Shown piece after piece: positions 61,101 to 64,000 of a DNA stretch of 64,000 nucleotides. Both the position numbers and the translations under genes were made by a program. A model generated the notes under the pieces. The model was not told the origin of the DNA. It ran no database searches and worked only from the letters and a program-made list of their open reading frames with translations. This stretch comes from Eledone cirrhosa. Lineage: Eukaryota. The first letter of the stretch is position 1; each line of letters starts with the position of its first letter. The stretch is taken from positions 43,896,001 through 43,960,000 of the forward strand of contig OZ024755.1 of assembly GCA_964016885.1 (NCBI GenBank), written 5' to 3'.

Positions 61101-62830
61101 AATACCAACATATACTTTGTACCACGGTTGACAGTACCAACGTATACTGTGTACCACAGTTGACAGTACCAACATATACTGTGTACCACAGTTGACAGTA
61201 CCAACATATACTGTGTACCATAGTTGACATTACCAACGTATATTGTGTTCCACAGTTGACAGTACCAACATGTACTGTGTACCACATTTGACAGTACCAA
61301 CGTATACTGTGTACCACAGTTGACAGTACCAACGTATACTGTGTACCACAGTTGACAGTACCAACATATACTGTGTACCACAGTTCACAGTACCAAAGTA
61401 TACAGTGTACCACATTTGACAGTACCAACATATTCTGTGTACCACAGTTGACAGTACCAACATATACTGTGTACCACTGTTGACAGTACCAACATATACC
61501 GTGTACCACATTTGACAGTACCAACATATACTGTGTACCACTGTTGACAGTACCAACATATACTGTGTACCACAGTTGACAGTACCAACATGTACCGTGT
61601 ACCACAGTTGACAGTACCAACGTATACTGTGTACCACAGTTGACAATACCAACATATACTGTGTACCACAGTTGACAGTACCAACATATACTGTGTACCA
61701 CAGTTGACAGTACCAACGTATACTGTTTATCACAGTTGACAGTACCAACGTATACTGGGTACCACATTTGACAGTACCAACATATACTGTGTACCACAGT
61801 TGACAGTACCAACGTATACTGTGTACCACAATTGACGATACCAACATATACTGTGTACCACAGTTGACAGTACCAACATATACTGTATACCACAGTTGAC
61901 AGTACCGACATATACTGTGTACCACAGTTGACAATACCAACATATACTTTGTACCACGGTTGACAGTACCAATGTATACTGTGTACCACAGTTGACAGTA
62001 CCAACATATACTGTGTACCATAGTTGACATTACCAACGTATATTGTGTTCCACAGTTGACAGTACCAACATGTACTGTGTACCACATTTGACAGTACCAA
62101 CGTATACTGTGTACCACAGTTGACAGTACCAACGTATACTGTGTACCACAGTTGACAGTACCAACATATAACGTGTACCACAGTTGGCAGTACCATCATA
62201 TACTGTGTACCACAGTTGACAGTACCAACATATATTGTGTACCACAGTTGACAGTACCAACATATACTGTGTACCATAGTTGACATTACCAACGTATATT
62301 GTGTACCACAGTTGACAGTACCAACATATCCTGTGTACCTCAGTTGACAGTACCAACATATACTGTATACCACAGTTGACAGTACCAACATATAATGTGT
62401 ACCACTGTTGACAGTACCAATATATACCGTGTACCACAGTTCACAGTACCAAAGTATACAGTGTACCACATTTGACAGTACAAACATATACTGTGTACCA
62501 CAGTTGACAGTACCAACATATACTGTGTACCACTGTTGACAGTACCAACATATACTCTGTACCACAGCTGACACTACCAACATATACTTGTACCTCAGTT
62601 GACAGTACTACCATATATTGTGTACCACCGTTGACAATACCAACGTATACTGTGTACCACAGTTGACAGTACCAACGTATACTGTGCACCACAGTTGACA
62701 GTACCGACATATACTGTGTACCACAGTTGACAATACCAACATATACTTTGTACCACGGTTGACAGTACCAACGTATACTGTGTACCACTGTTGACAATAT
62801 CAACATATACTGTGTACCACAGTTGACATT
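58200..62830. repeat. Nested higher-order repeat: an 832-bp (26-monomer) doublet inside a 2335/2303-bp tandem duplication
   Basis: Identical 100-aa ORFs at 58218, 59050, 60553 and 61385 (offsets 832, 2335, 832); 59727..60134/62030..62437 at offset 2303. Confidence 0.9.
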
Positions 62831-64000
62831 ACCAACATATACAGTGTACCACAGTTGACAGTAGCAACATATACTGTGTACCACAGTTGACAGTACCAAC
62901 ATATACTGTGTACCACAGTTGACAGTACCAACATATACTGTGTACCATAGTTGATAGTACCAACGTATATTGTGTACCACAGTTAAGAGTACCAACATAC
63001 ACCGTGTACGACAGTTGACAGTAAAAACATATACTGTGTACCACAGTTGAATGTACCAGAGTATAGTGTGTACCACACTTGACAGTCCCAACATATTCTG
63101 TATACCACAGTTGACAGTACCAACATATACAGTGTACCACTGTTGACAGTACCAACATATACCGTGTACCACAGTTGACAGTACCAACATATACTGTGTA
63201 CCACAGTTGAGACTACCAACATATACTGGGTACGACTGTTGACAGTAACAACATATACTATGTACCACAGTTGACAGTACCAACATATACTGTGTACCAC
63301 AGTTGACAGTACCAACCTATACTGTGTACCACAGTTGACAGTACCAACGTATACTGGGTACCACATTTGACACTACCAACATATACTGTGTACCACAGTT
63401 GACAGTACCAACGTATGCTGTGTACCACAGTTGACGATACCAACATATACTGTGTACCACAGTTGACAGTACCAACATATACTGTATACCACAGTTGACA
63501 GTACCGACATATACTGTGTACCACAGTTGACAATACCAACATATACTTTGTACCACGGTTGACAGTACCAACGTATACTGTGTACCACTGTTGACAATAT
63601 CAACATATACTGTGTACCACAGTTGACATTACCAACATATACAGTGTACCACAGTTGACAGTAGCAACATATACTGTGTACCACAGTTGACAGTACCAAC
63701 ATATACTGTGTACCACAGTTGACAGTACCAACATATACTGTGTACCATAGTTGATAGTACCAACGTATATTGTGTACCACAGTTGAGAGTACCATCATAC
63801 ACCGTGTACGACAGTTGACAGTAAAAACATATACTGTGTACCACAGTTGAGAGTACCAACATAAACTGTGTACCACAGTTGACAGTACCAACATATACTG
63901 TGTACCACAGTTGACAGTACCAACATATACTGTGTACCACAGTTGACAGTACCAACATATACTGTATACCACAGTTGACAGTACCAACATATACTGTGTA

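Larger units (their letters stand above)
1..64000. repeat. 32-bp tandem satellite array (~2,002 monomers), consensus CAGTACCAACATATACTGTGTACCACAGTTGA, head-to-tail, open at both window ends
   Basis: The monomer is readable on every line and variation is almost all substitutions. In-phase GTAC(CAC) positions 12 and 63998 are 63986 bp apart; adding the 78 bp net deletion I counted gives 64064 = 2002 x 32. Confidence 0.99.

Noticed and set aside
239-63990. Hundreds of minus-strand ORFs as protein-coding genes
   Set aside because: They overlap in all three frames with the same peptide, start and stop wherever satellite variants fall, and have no unique domain. This follows directly from a stop-free 32-bp unit.
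1-64000. CRISPR array (32-bp, partly palindromic repeat)
   Set aside because: The repeats are directly adjacent with no unique spacers, leader or cas genes.
1-64000. Telomeric repeat, iteron origin, hidden transposon or inversion
   Set aside because: There is no G-rich telomere-type motif or rep gene, and I found no non-satellite or reverse-orientation segment. The phase arithmetic closes with the listed indels (modulo 32).

Overview
All 64 kb are one uninterrupted, single-orientation tandem array of a 32-bp satellite, consensus CAGTACCAACATATACTGTGTACCACAGTTGA (13/32 G+C). It holds about 2,002 monomers and runs off both ends of the window. I see no gene, RNA gene, transposon or CRISPR spacer. 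The dense minus-strand ORF track is an artefact: the minus-strand consensus has no stop triplet and 32 is not divisible by 3, so all three frames give the same 32-aa repeat. The real structure lies inside the array. The monomer is bipartite (17+15 bp, both parts starting GTACCA) and contains a hairpin (ACTGTG-TAC-CACAGT). A cassette of variant monomers recurs about 36 times. Higher-order duplications are nested (256, 448, 608, 832, 1439, ~2.3k, ~3.2k, 7.6k, 8.3k and ~9.5k bp offsets). I found only seven distinct indel events, and they account exactly for the phase of the array. The organism and chromosomal role cannot be determined from the sequence, although the architecture is typical of eukaryotic satellite DNA. 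I do not find a protein-coding or defence-type system here.
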